Source: Botryllus schlosseri (lineage: Eukaryota). From it: a stretch of DNA of 64,000 nucleotides. The notes under the pieces are model-generated. The model saw only the letters and a list, made by a program, of their open reading frames with translations, was not told where the DNA came from and did not search any database. A program made the position numbers and the translations under genes. Shown in pieces: positions 1 to 12,476 of the stretch (position 1 is its first letter; every line of letters starts with the position of its first letter). The stretch is taken from contig CM119371.1 of NCBI GenBank assembly GCA_051294905.1, positions 37,202,001-37,266,000 on the forward strand. The letters run 5' to 3'.

Positions 1-292
1 TTCCGTAATTTGAGAAGTCGAGTAAACAGAAAATCGTGACTCGAGTCATTACAACCCTTTGGAACCCTGTATGAAATGTGTGATGTCACAAATGTGGCAG
101 CAATTGAAATTTGGAATATTTACCATCCAGTTGCATACATTTCTTGTAATTACCTGTTTGGTAAATTTTGATATCGGAATTTCTCAAAATTTGTTTTAAA
201 ATTTTACTACTTACCACGCTAAGATGGTTGAGAACCACTGTGTTAGGTTGTGATTTCCAGTTGACAATCAAATGTATTTTATATTATTTCAG

Positions 293-392
293 GACAACGA
301 TCGGTTATCGCTGCCAACTCTGGTGCTGGACTCCATATTAAAATGCCCAGTCAACTCGAGAAAGGCTCTCGCCTCAAATCTGGATCTGTCAG
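293..392 (+). CDS. ACTR10: Actin-related protein 10 (Arp11, dynactin) internal exon; gene begins upstream of the window
   Basis: ttcAG acceptor and GTaaac donor. Reads DNDRLSLPTLVLDSILKCPVNSRKALASNLDLS(G), resembling ACTR10 [34 protein letters not shown]. Proposed join 293-392,1156-1241,1463-1585,4842-4952. Confidence 0.85.
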
Positions 393-489
393 GTAAACTA
401 TTTTATAGCTGTGTAATGTTAGAAGAAATTCTGTTCGGGTAACAAACTGACTTTACAACTTGACAGCATCCGCAAAATCTTTCTTTATC

Positions 490-915
490 TTACTCAAGTC
501 ACGATTTTTTTGGTGACTCGACTTGACTCGGGTCATTGTGCATGACTCTAACCAAGTCATATAACTCAAGACTATGACAGCCAAGACAGAAATTACATTG
601 TAACTTCGAAGAATAGTAAAGTTACCACATGATTGCTATCAATCTATCAGTCCTGATACTTGACAAAACAGGGCCTGAAACTGTTATGACTGAGGAAATT
701 GACGATATTATGAATGCGAGCCATTCTATATCACTCGAGCAGAGTTGAGAAAAGGGGGTTGAACCGGAGTGAACTGAAAACTTGAACAGTGAACATTGTG
801 ACTTGGACTCGACCCTCTACTAGCTGACTTGGACTCCATAGTGAGACTCGAGGCAATATCGTAAAAGTTCAATTGACTTATAACTCGGATCATTGTGACT
901 TGGTTACGATCCTGG
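490..915. mobile_element. hAT-type MITE family A (GACTCGAGTC-rich), degraded copy
   Basis: Shares body and repeated GACTCGAGTC motifs with better copies at 31619-32052 and 32380-32882. Other pieces at 1-60, ~4352-4810, ~27040-27270 and ~33020-33383. Confidence 0.65.
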
Positions 916-1155
916 TTTTAACTAGTCGTTATGACAATTTCAATTTCTTGTTTCAAAAGCACTATCTACGTTACAAAATCCAAAAGTACAAGTGAAAGTA
1001 GTCAAAACACACTACCTCTTTGGTAATTATTGCGAGTACACAATGTACAAGTCGAAATACTTTGTTACTGACAACCTCTATATGAGGTATATTTCTTGAA
1101 TTATTAAACGAATTGACCTCAGTGCCTTTATTGCGTCCAAATGCATCTGTTGCAG

Positions 1156-1241
1156 GTAGAACATCCATGCTTGCCGGCTTTTCGCACAGATTGTTGTCAG
1201 ACCTCGAAGATCTGGTCGCGATCGGGGAACGATACAAGCCT
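1156..1241 (+). CDS. ACTR10: ACTR10 internal exon
   Basis: tgcAG acceptor and GTgagt donor, phase-compatible with the previous exon. Reads GRTSMLAGFSHRLLSDLEDLVAIGERYKP versus ACTR10 [20 protein letters not shown]. Confidence 0.85.
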
Positions 1242-1462
1242 GTGAGTTATGTTTTTGTTATCTGCAATTACTTCTAATTACAAAGAGAGTTTGACGAATA
1301 ATAAATTTTAAACTATTCCAAATTGTATCATAAATTACACTTATAGCTACACAGTTTTTCAAATTAAATTAGTATTAGAATTAATTACTGAATTCGCATA
1401 AACTTGAAATTGAATTAAGTCCCTAATTCTATAGATGTATTTCGAATTCTCGGTTTTCCGAG

Positions 1463-1585
1463 TGTCTGTTTCGCGTTCAGAACACGCCGGTCCGCGGAAA
1501 TATCGTGTTGTGGTTGGGAGCCTCAATTTACGCCTCGCTGGAAACTTTTCCTCACAGATCCATAACGAAAGAATATTTTATCGAG
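1463..1585 (+). CDS. ACTR10: ACTR10 internal exon (5' boundary uncertain: 1435 or 1463)
   Basis: In the frame +1 to the listed 1435 ORF it reads LFRVQNTPVRGNIVLWLGASIYASLETFPHRSITKEYFIE versus ACTR10 [38 protein letters not shown]. GTgagg donor at 1586. Confidence 0.75.
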
Positions 1586-1821
1586 GTGAGGGTAATGGTC
1601 TGTTATGGCTTGCGTTCGAAATAGCTGAGTGTCATAATATCAAGGCATTCAAAATAGTGACCGTACTGGCTGGGCAGGACAAGCAGGGCTGTGGAGTCGG
1701 TTCACTGTATCTCTAACTGAGAATTTTTGAATATGCCGATTAATATTTTTTTCACCGAACTCAGACTCAAGCACTCCTGTAAATCCTCTCCGATAATATT
1801 ACATTTAGTTATCATTATTGA

Positions 1822-2100
1822 CACTCTTGAAGGTACAAAGCTGAACGTACAAATCATGTATTCATATTGAAATAACCCGTAATATTTTCAGCTGATACTC
1901 ATCAGGACTGATCGTCAGCAGGTAGTGGAGAATTGGAAAGAACATTGTATGTCAACAATCGTATCACAAATGTTATTTCAAATTACCTACTAGTTGCCGA
2001 CGATTGCCGCTGATGACTGTCCTCAATCTAAAATATTCGGGTTCATTTCGATATGAATATACTACTCAATTGTATATTGGAAGTTTTGTACCTCGTAGAA
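1822..2100. mobile_element. Palindromic MITE family B (CGTCAGCAACTAGTGGAGAATTGG arms), interrupted by the 2101-4198 insertion
   Basis: Imperfect inverted arms. Related pieces at ~20229-20367, ~27308-27440, ~30330-30450, ~53380-53465, ~59470-59550 and ~60145-60270. Confidence 0.6.
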
Positions 2101-2611
2101 CAGGGGTGGGCAAACTTTTGAGCCCGCGTACCGCATTCAACATCTGAATCCATTCGCGGGCCGCACCATACAAAATTGATATTATGAACCAAAACGCAAT
2201 ATTGCATGGTGTTTGATTATATAGTGACCCCGTGAAGATAATATATATGTCTATTTAAAACAAACCAAAGATTGCTTTGATGATATCGTACTCGTGTCAG
2301 AAACAGTGGCGGGATTCATAGGCTGGTCGACCTTAATAACCAACTTATCAAAACTATAGAGATGAAAGTCGGTTATCCCGAATCTTAAAACTAAATTTAA
2401 ATCTGTGAAGAGCGATCTGTTCATAGATTTACTAATTCCGCTTTTTGTTCAGTTCTAGGACACACAATGCTGACAGCATCTTAACCATGTTAGCTTCAAA
2501 CACGCTTCTACTATATGTGTAGATAAAATATAAATACCCTTATTTTACCCACACAGAGAACGAATCTACCTAATTAAGACACGCGCGAATCGTATTTTAT
2601 AAGCTCATCAC

Positions 2612-3514
2612 TAGGGCGATTTTTTTTTTACCTAAAAAACTGAAGATTTTGACCTAAAAAATCTAAATTTTGACCTTTTTTGACTTAAAAAAATTGAATT
2701 TTGACCAAATTTTGACCTCGCGTATGCAAATTAGGTGTTTTCGCACATAATGTTAAAATTGTACTACTAATATTCATTTTTGGTTGGAACTGTCTGTCCT
2801 TACGAAGTAATTTGGTCTGAAAAAACGTTTTTTGGATCAAAAACAGACAAATTTCTACATGAAAAAACTAACATTTTAACGAAATCTGGCCCTATGAAGA
2901 ATTTAAGTAGTTACATTATGCATCATGGTGGAAAAAATAAAATAAAATTGTAGTACAACGAAACATACTTGTATATACATTCTCGGGTAGAAAGTGTCTG
3001 TCCTTACTCAGTAGCTTTCCAAGAATGCGGAAAGAACGTTCAACAGCAGCAGTTGCTGGCTGACAACATTGAAGTTGTGCGTATACAGCTGGTGACACAC
3101 CGTGTTGCTTCATTTTGACAAGTTGTCTACATCACAATTTTTCATCGTGCGCTTCTTGATATAAGAACCACGCAGTGCCCAAGCGATATAAGAACCACGC
3201 AGTGCCCAAGCAGTCTTGCTTCAGTTGGGATATTACGGTACGTTGAGCATAACATCATTTGTTTCATTTGAATGTTTACGATTCACAATGAGCAGACAAT
3301 GGGCCATCTACAATGGTAGGCCTATAAAGTAGGCTACAAGCTGTAAAATGCCAAATGATAAGTGCACCGACGGTGCAAAATATACCGTACAAACGAAATG
3401 CAGGTTGCAAATAAGTTTTTGATTTTGTAAACAATTTTGACCTAATTTTGCCCTAACGCCACAATTTTGACCTAATTTTGACTTTTTTTGACATGTCAAA
3501 AAAAAATCGCCCTA
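2612..3514 (-). mobile_element. hAT deletion derivative with C-terminal dimerisation-domain remnant
   Basis: TIR TAGGGCGATT...AATCGCCCTA and perfect 8-bp TSD ctcatcac. ORF 2916-3113 contains PATAAVERSFRILGKLLSKDRHFLPENV (hATC-like). Confidence 0.85.
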
Positions 3515-3725
3515 CTCATCACTGAAATAATTAAAACTGGAGTGGCCAATCTGAAATCACACTCGTGTCGTTATCCGAATAATGTCAATGTCGTTTAGGA
3601 TTTTAGGATTTCTGTGATGCTTGGCAGTTGAAACCCTTCAAACTGCGTGGACCTTGACATCGGGCTGTCGCGCCAGAAATTAAACATAAGAAATAAGATA
3701 GTATTTATAAGTATTTAATAGAGAA

Positions 3726-4019
3726 CAGTGGTTCTTTTTAAGACACGCCCCCCTCATGATAGCGAAAGATTTCGCACCCCACTTATCGTCATATCACAAA
3801 ACGCTGCCAGGATGCTAGCAAACATACCGGATAGTATGATGTCATGGAAAGTTACGACTGGATGAGAGATTTTTAAATATGAAATTCAGACTAAAAACAT
3901 AGCAAATATCATGAATTAAGTGTAAATCGCGCGAAGCGCGTAAAAAATTTCGGTCGAGCTCAACTTCGCGACGACCTTCATAAGGGAACGGAGCGCGCAC
4001 CCCAGTTTGAGAACCACTG
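3726..4019. mobile_element. Small Charlie-like MITE nested in 2101-4198
   Basis: CAGTGGTTCT...AGAACCACTG ends. A free-standing relative lies at 31002-31291. Confidence 0.65.
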
Positions 4020-4841
4020 CCTTAGAATTATCATGGCGAAATATACTAAGAAAAAATTTAATCACGTCCCTGCATTAATTCGATTTTTAGTACGCTTTTT
4101 ATCAATATTTTTAATAAGTTTCTTTAGACTCTCGCGGGCCGCACAGAACGGTGTTGCGGGCCGCATGCGGCCCGCGGGCCGTAGTTTGCCCACCCCTATC
4201 CTAGAAGCTCTGCAAATAGTGAAGAATTGGAAAGAACTTGTATGCCATCCATCATATCACCAAATATGATGTCACATTCACAAAAATTCAAGTATTTGAG
4301 GAGAACAGAGGGGTTGAGCTACATGTACTATTTTTAGAGTACCATATATAACAGGATTGTAGCCATAAGTTACAAGTCAATATCACTTTTATAGTTTTGA
4401 CTCGAGCCAAGTCGAGACATATTCAATTCACCATCGAGTCCATTTCAAGTCGGTTAGTAGATGGTCGAGTCAGAGTCATAGTGTTTGACTTTGGTCCAAG
4501 TCATTTTGTTCCCTGTTCAGTTTTAAGTACAATCGGCTTCAACTCCCTTTTTTCAACTCTGCTCGAGTGATATAGAATGGATCGCATTCATAATATCGTA
4601 ATTTTCCTCAATCTCAACAGTTTCTGGCTCTATTTTTCGAGTATCAGGACTGATAGACGAAATACCTACAATGTGGTGACTTTACTGTTCTTACAGTGAA
4701 GAGACTGTCTTGGCCACCTTTGTCTCGAGTCAAGTCATGTTACAGATTTGAAAAAATGACTCGAGTCATCAAAAAATATTAACTCGAATCTGTGTCAAAT
4801 CGAGTCAACGCCTGCGATAATATAGTCTTCCCTTATTTCAG

Positions 4842-4952
4842 AACAAACATCGACTTCCGGATTGGTGCGTATTGGATCTGCGACCTCCCGAGTTTCAGCC
4901 TGAAAAACCAGTGGCGATAAAAGCCTGCCCTATCTCAGCTCGTCAGGTCTGA
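4842..4952 (+). CDS. ACTR10: ACTR10 terminal coding exon
   Basis: Polypyrimidine ttcAG acceptor, phase 0. Reads NKHRLPDWCVLDLRPP (ACTR10 GRIPDWCSLNNPP) to TGA at 4950-4952. Confidence 0.8.
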   Translation, partial: NKHRLPDWCVLDLRPPEFQPEKPVAIKACPISARQV

Positions 4953-6645
4953 GAACGTCGTCATGGTCCAGTGTCGGATCGGTACCAAGAAATTCCGCAG
5001 CCGTATCGGCCCTGGCTTCGTTAAGACTGGCGCAGGCCGAGAAGAAGTAGCTCGGATTTGTTTAATATAGGATTGTCGGTTGCTTGTTCTGTGGAAATAT
5101 ACCTGTCTGCTGATATACAGGCTGCGTCTGGGATGTTCCTGTGTCGGTCGATTGGTTCTGCGACTAGTGTTGGGCAATATGGAGTATTTGAGTATCACTA
5201 ATCATGACATGGCAACGGTATGAATGATGTGGAAGGATTAGGTATCTACTTTTTATGCGACCACTATGATAGGGTTGCGATATTTTTGGATCCGGAAAGG
5301 ACACTTTTTACTAGTTACAAGATTCACAATACTGAACCCCAAAAGTGCTGATGCTATAATTTTAACGGCAAATTATGTTGCTTCAACTAAAAAAGTCAAA
5401 TTTTTGACTCGCGAAAAAGGAAAAGGTCATGTTTCCAGTCTTACTGCCGAAAGACCCGCCCGAACCTCTACGGGAGTGTAGTAGTGTATATATTTCTTGA
5501 ATCCTGCCACCGGGAACAGTGGTTGCGTTTATTGTCGAAATTTTATCTCAATAAAGTGCTGGTATTTATTGCTGATGGTGTGCGCGGGAGTCGGTCATCA
5601 TTTTTACTTCAGTAAAAGTAATGCTACAAAATCCTACTCATTTGCAAGTAAAAGTATTGTTTTTAAGGACCCAACCGTCCGAACTACTTAGAGTAAAAAG
5701 TCTGTATTCGAGTGAGTAGTTTTGGAAGTTGTTCTGTAGTTGGCTGGTACGTAGCAGATATTAGCGTGGACATGGCTTTGAAAGATCCGAATTTGTGAAA
5801 TTTTGTCGGAGTAGGATGAGAGATTTTTTTCTGAGCGGATTTGGATTGGATTTATCGATTTTTTAGGAGAATGGCGACCAATTATATTCAGATCAGTGCA
5901 CTTATGATACGCTCGGTGCCAATGAACATAAGAGGTTCAACCCTATGCCAATTTATCTTAATTCGAGAGGATTGTTGGTCGCGAAAGAAAAATTTCACGT
6001 CTTTACTGAATTTCAAGTTACGATCGGAATAGGATTGGACACGGATTTGAATATACAAAAGTTCTAGATTATGATTTGAAGTTTCGGATTTTGATTGGAT
6101 TAGGACATAGAAATTCTAAATCCGCTCATGTCTGGAGTTTATCTATCGAATGTAAAAATCACTTGGCTTGTATGTATTATCTAAACATGGAATGGCAACG
6201 GCAGATATTGCTGGTTCGTTCCGCTTCGCTGAGGCATGATTCAGAATTGTTTTGCGGCAGCGAATGTGGGATTTCTGGTAATCCAAAAGTTATCATTCAG
6301 AGCGCAGAATTTACTAAATCTGACCTTGACCGAAAGCTACTGTCGAATCGAGGTCGAAAATTTCACTTTCGATAGTGTAGCATTGTAATTTACGCCTTGT
6401 CTACGGTCCGCCGTTTAGTGTTGGCCGCGTGATGTGATTACAATAGCAACAATATCGTGAATATTATAGAAAATTGTCAGTCAGTAGCTCAGTTCAGTAC
6501 CACTCACGAGGAGGGTTGCTGTGACTATTTCGCAATAAGGTCAGTCCCTACGGTAATATAGGATCAGTATGTTGACAATAAGGTCAGACCACGGGTGAGG
6601 GTTCATGGCATTAGGAGGAAGGGTTGGGGACAAGGGTCCTATCCG

Positions 6646-7663
6646 GATTACCAGTGAACCCAGCCCTCGGTGAACCCAGCCTCACAAACCCAGCCCTCGG
6701 TGAACCCAGCCCTCGGTGAACCCAGCCCTCGGTGAACTCGGCCCTCGGGAACTTTTGTAATTAAGTGTATTAACAAAACAAGTATTATTATGAATTATTA
6801 AACTGATAATGTTATTATCAACTGATTTGTCGATCTTGTAAGGAGGTCAGGGCATGCGTAGATCACGCAGTCATGGCGTGATCAGATCACGGATTGCGCA
6901 AGCACCAAGCGCGGCCTTACAAACTCGGCCCTCGGTGAACTCGGACCTCGGTGAACCCGGCCCTCTGTGAATTCCGCCCTCGGGAAATTTTGTATTCACC
7001 GGCAACCCTAATATCCCCCCTCCCCCTCCCCTAATATCCCACCCCCGGCAACCCTAATATCCCCCTCCCCCAACCCTAATATCCCACCTCCCGCAACCCT
7101 AATATCCCACCTCCACCAACCCTAATATCCCACCTCCGGCAACCCTAATATCCCCCCTCCCCCAACCCTAATATCCCCCCTCCGGCAACCCTAATATCTC
7201 ACCTCCGGCAACCCTAATATCCCACCTCCGGCAACCCTAATATCCCACCTCCGGCAACCCTAATATCCCACCTCCACCAACCCTAATATACCCCCTCCCC
7301 CAACCCTAATATCCCACCTCCGGCAACCCTAATATCCCACCTCCACCAACCCTAATATACCCCCTCCCCCAACCCTAATATCCCACCTCCACCAACCCTA
7401 ATATCCCACCTCCAGCAACCCTAATATCCTACCTCCGCCAACCCTAATATCCCAGTACCAGCTTTAATTCAAAATTGTTCGGGGGCGGAATTCACCGAAG
7501 TCCATAGTATTCGAGAACAAGTAGAGTATGTGAGCGTCGCGTTATCTCCCCCGCACGCTTGTGAATACAAAAGTTCCCGAGGGCCGAGTTCACCGAGGGC
7601 TGGGTTCACCGAAGGCTGGGTTTGTGAGGCTGGGTTCACCGAGGGCTGGGTTCACCGGCAACC
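6646..7663. mobile_element. GG/CC-terminal MITE (Merlin/MULE-like) carrying a minisatellite
   Basis: TIRs built from CCCTCGGTGAACCCAG repeats, ending TTCACCGGCAACC. Perfect 8-bp TSD cctatccg. Sister copy at ~25100-25998. Confidence 0.8.
7000..7453. repeat. ~23-bp minisatellite (GGCAACCCTAATATCCCACCTCC)n, ~20 units
   Basis: Tandem units directly visible, each containing one CCCTAA. Confidence 0.95.
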
Positions 7664-9961
7664 CCTATCCGGGGGTCGCACACCACTACGCCATCTCCCC
7701 TTTATGACAGTAATCCATAATCTAATGACCCGAGCCTCCAACCTAAGCACTCTCACCCCAAAATCAAATTACACTAACCCTTAACCGTGGACTGAAAGTC
7801 TTGTGAACATAGCAGCTCAACTGACCTTATTGTGAATGTAATCGCACCAACCCTATAAAATAAGCTGCGTGTTACAGAAAGGTTTGATTGCATGGAAGAA
7901 TTGAGTTATTAAACAGAAAATTGCGTGTGAGATTACCACTAATTCCACTCCAGCTCCCGCCTCTTGACTCACTTTTGCCTAAAACAGGGTGTCCAAGTCC
8001 AACCTTTTTAACCAAAGGGAAATATTCGATTAACGAATGATTACAAGGGCCAAAAAGAATATCATATCTTTCTCTCTCTTCATCACTGATGATTTTTTTG
8101 CTGTTTTTCTACATACAATGGTGCTGAGTTGCTAAAATAAATGGTATGAGAAATCAGTGTGCATCAATTCATCAGTCGCGCCAAAAATCTATACCTGCAG
8201 GCTAATTTATTTCTCTGCTCAAGGGTTCCATACTCCTGTAGATGTTTTTAGTGTGATATTTCCAAGTCCAGTGTGTTAGATACTATAACCAATAATTGTC
8301 ACACATAGAAATTTGATACAACAATATAGATTGATCGTAAAAAAATGTGCCCGTCCCAGCTGACTAACAAAATTCGTCTGACATTTGGTTTTTCTGGAAA
8401 GCTTCAACAGGCCCGAGAAATTGGCCGACATGGTAGAGTGGGGTAACTTTGGGCAATCTATTATTTTGCATGTCTTTACACTCTGTTGTTTGTGAAAGAG
8501 TATTTGGTGAGAGTTGACGAGAGAAGTGACTATAATGAGACAAAATAGTATACGTCTGGCCTATTGCATGATTTTTTACCTAAACCCAACAGAAAAATTA
8601 AAGTCAAAAATTTACAAAAATAAGGTCAGTTGTGAACTCTAACGCCTCCCCTGGATTCATCGCTTATCTCAATTTCCACTCATATCTTCCCCTATTGGGA
8701 CTTATAAATAACATATGGGGATTAATTAGGTTATCCCACGGGTTGCGTCAGCAACATTCAGCTTGTTACCGTGATTTATTGCTGATTTCAAGATATTTTA
8801 CTGTTCTTTAAAAGATTACCAGTGAACTCGGCACTTGGTGAATTCGGCCCTTGGGAAATTTTTTACTATAATTTATCTGTACCTCCAAGAATCTGTTCAA
8901 ATAAAATATATTACCATTATTACCAACTATTTTTCAGAATTAGCCTAATAAACTAATATCATTATTATCAAGTGATTTGTCAATATTGTAAGGAGGTCAC
9001 GGCGTGATAAGATCACGTGATCATGGATTGCGTAAGTTATTGAGATAAAGCAACTATAGAATGTAAACATGGAACGGTAACGAACGATTTTGCAGCTTTG
9101 TTCCGCTTCGCTGAGGCTGGAGTGAAGAATTCTTTTGCGTAAGCGACTAGAATTTCTGGCAATCCAAAAGTTAACTTCCAGAGCGCAGAAATTACTGAAT
9201 CTGGGGCGGCATTGCAAAACAACTACTGCACTGCGGAATCAACATTTACCGTCATAATTCGAGAGAAGCGGACAATCGCGATTACAAAACCCTCAATAAC
9301 GATGTCTTCGAGAGCATTTTTACCGCTGACATTGACTTACCGCAAAACGTAGGAATCGATAGAAAACGTGAACGATCTGCGTCACGAACGTCACTATTCG
9401 CGAAGTTCGGTATTACAAAATTGAAATTAGCGCAGATTTCTCGCGGTAACTTACCGCTTAGCTTCTAGCTGGTGGAGTTGAATCCGCGCTGAAAATTGCA
9501 GCTTTTTGAACTGCAAAATCTTAATATTCTACTTCAATAAAGTAAAGAAGTGAGGCAGTAATCGATCTAAAAGGAAAAAGGGCATGTCCTGTAAGTTACC
9601 CAATTGGGTTGTATTTCATAGGCCACTGTTAGTAAAATCAAGCGAAATAAGGCAGTGGCGACATATAATGCTTATGAATTGAATTCTCATATATGGACCA
9701 GTAAGTGCGTGGACTGAGTAGGCTACCTCGCCGTTTAAAGCATGTATGAATATAACGGGGACTTGAGCTCTATGTCGGAAGCATGCTATTATAACCTACC
9801 GAGGTTAGTAATCTCTTGCCAAATAGATTTTTTGATATCCACTTTTTAACTTTGGCTAGCATATCGTGTGGTCTTGGTCGCCTTGTCAATAAGTAATTCG
9901 CTGCCGAACGGTAGAATTCAGTCCGATTCGGTAGGCCTATAAAGTCGTTGCGAATTACGAT

Positions 9962-12476
9962 CACGGCCGGGTCAGATCATGTCAGGTGATACAGGCCATA
10001 TTTCCACCATCTTGGATTGTCATGAAGATAGGCTGCCTTACAGAGCTGTGTTTTCTGATTTCAGAAAATCAAATTTCATCAAAAAAGGTCTTCTTGAACC
10101 GAAGCTATGACCGTCCAAAAATTGCTATTTTTGTGATCGCTCAAGCGGAAAAAATATCAGAAATTTATACTTGTAGTTTAAATTTGCTATATTTCGGTCA
10201 AATTAGGGTTGTTGAGAGTGACACTTACACACTTGTTCATTTATATCCTGCTTGATACTTTTTCGATTTCTTCGACACTTGGAGTTGCTTAGTCTGACCT
10301 TTAACCTTGTGATTTTGTTCATGTCTTTGAAAATCACTCACGCGTGACTTCATTTTCAATTGCAGATATCTCTTGGTGACTAGGTGATGTCATCAAGTGT
10401 AAGGTATCATTGGAAAGCTCTTGACAAGAGCTTTTAAAAACAAAAATAACATTAGTTACTTTTGAATCGTAACATACCATAAGAGCGCCATGAAGCTAGC
10501 TTGCAAATTTATTCAAAATCCTCCCCCTTTTCAACAAGAGCAGTTGAAAAAGTTGTGAAATTTTATGAAAACAACGAACATAGCAGGTTGATGCCAGGGA
10601 TGAAAGACCGAATTAGCATTAAAAAGAATGTGTATCAACAAAAACGTCTACTTTTATGTACTCTGAAAGAATTCCATATAAACAGCAAAACCCGGATGCA
10701 AAAATTGGATTCACAAAATTTTGTGAATTGAGGCCGAAATGGTGTGTTAGTGCAGGATCATCTGGAACACATGCCGTATGTGTCTGTACCATACATCAAA
10801 ATGTTGTTCTTTTGCTGCATGCTGCCCGCATTGAAGACATTACGAACGATAATCAACCTAAATGTAACAGTATTGGGGAGAGAGTATAGGTAAAGCTACT
10901 GCTGCAGAAGCGGGAATTCAGATCAGCGATGATAGCAGGCGCACCAGCCTACTGCGTATCAGGCCTGCCCCACACCACACACAGTCGATAGTAGCACATG
11001 GGCTGCAAGAGATGTCAGTAACCTCAGATCGTATGCCGCTACACACAGTCTATTGTCACTAATTTGCATCACTAATAACAAAATACTAAAATGCAAATGT
11101 ATGGCGAAATATTGGACATAAAATCGGCATTTTAAAACAAAACGGTTTCGATTTCAACATGGAAGCTGTTTCGACCCTGGCTGGCTACGTCACTTCATTT
11201 ATGTGCATTGCGGTAGTTATTAACGTAGGGTAGGAAGTACTGATTCAAGAAGTCTGAGCTATCGCGGCGGTTTCCTCAAAAATCACTAAAAGACAAATGA
11301 CTAGCTGAACACATGTTTGTTAATAACTGCATACTTTCCAGCACCAAACGGAACCATTGGTCTATTGCCGACGGCTAAATGAATAGGAGAAATATTTGCT
11401 TATGACATCACAATCAAGCGGTGTACAGTATTACACTTGAGATAACAGCGTACCATATTGCTCATTAACCTGTGCGTCAACCTGTACTGACCCATAAACC
11501 TGTCTTTGTGATAGCTAGCCATCGGCTCATTGTAATTCGGTTCTGGTACACCCCTGTACACCCCATCCGAGTGGTACACCCTGTGCAAATTCTGGTACAC
11601 CCTAGGGTGTACGACAACCCCGGTTGAAGAGCACTGGTGTAGAGTACATAAAACATCGCATCTTATCCTGTCAGTTGTGAATTCTGAAGTGTTGTGGAAG
11701 TATTGTGTGTCACCTCAAACTGTGTAGCAAAATTTTCTCAAATTTTCAAAAATATCTCAAATTATTGTCAGCATAATTTATGTCAGCAATTATCTGTCTG
11801 AGTTATACTGACTACCTTATGTGTAAAACACTTGGCACGGTACTGTATATAGAATAAAGGTTGAATGAGTTGCTTTACAGAGTTTGCTCTTGTTGAAAAG
11901 GGGGAGGATTTTGAATAAATTTGCAAGCTAGCTTCATGGCGCTCTTATGGTATGTTACGATTCAAAAGTAACTAATGTTATTTTTGTTTTTAAAAGCTCT
12001 TGTCAAGAGCTTTCCAATGATACCTTACACTTGATGACATCACCTGGTCACCAAGAGATATTTGCAATCGAAAATGAAGTCACGCATGAGTGATTTTCAA
12101 ATACATCAACAAAAAAGCGAGGTTAAAGGTCAGACTATGCAACCCCAGGTGTCAAAGAAGGCGAAAAAGTGTCAAGCAGGACATAAATGAACAAATGTGA
12201 AAGTGTTACCTTCAACAACCCTAATTTGAACGAATTGTAGCAAATTCAAATTACATATGTAAATTTCTGACATTTTTTCCGCTTGAGTGATCACAAAAAC
12301 AGCAATTTTTAAACGGCCATATCTTCGGTTCTACTCATCCGATTTCGATGGAATTTATTTTTTTGAAAGCAGAAGTAAAAGTTTTTTAACCATGCCAATT
12401 TTAATGACAATCTGAGATGGTGGAGGTACATTTTGAAATTTTTCTGGATCACCTGACATGATCTGACCCGGCCATG
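9962..12476. mobile_element. Long-TIR foldback DNA transposon derivative (~580-bp arms)
   Basis: CACGGCCGGGTCAGATCATGTCAGGTGAT and its inverse at ~12448-12476. Arms ~9962-10544 and ~11886-12476. No clear TSD. Confidence 0.8.
10540..10840 (+). pseudogene. Frameshifted transposase N-terminal fragment (Sola-like, assignment tentative)
   Basis: FYENNEHSRLMPGMKD...QKRLLLCTLKE, frameshift near 10678, then KIGFTKFCELRPKWCVSAGSSGTHAVCVCTIHQNV. I associate these motifs with a widespread invertebrate DDE transposase family. Confidence 0.65.

Larger units (their letters stand above)
2101..4198. mobile_element. hAT-Charlie-like non-autonomous element (composite) in ACTR10 intron
   Basis: TIR CAGGGGTGGGCAAACT...AGTTTGCCCACCCCTA, GCGGCCCGC subterminal motifs, 8-bp TSD tcgtagaa/tcctagaa. 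Inverted sister copy at 20376-21237. Confidence 0.85.
6512..7855. mobile_element. Older TIR element hosting the 6646-7663 insertion
   Basis: Left AGGGTTGCTGTGACTATTTCGCAATAAGGTCAGT is an imperfect inverted match to ACTGACCTTATTGTGAATGTAATCGCACCAACCCT at ~7820-7854. Confidence 0.55.

Noticed and set aside
1435..1716. 93-aa ORF as a gene
   Set aside because: Wrong frame; the ACTR10 similarity is in the +1 frame.
3158..3211. 27-bp tandem duplication
   Set aside because: Ordinary local duplication inside a dead hAT derivative; absent from the sister copy.
7000..7453. True or interstitial telomere
   Set aside because: CCCTAA occurs once per 23-bp unit rather than tandemly, and the array lies inside a TSD-flanked MITE.
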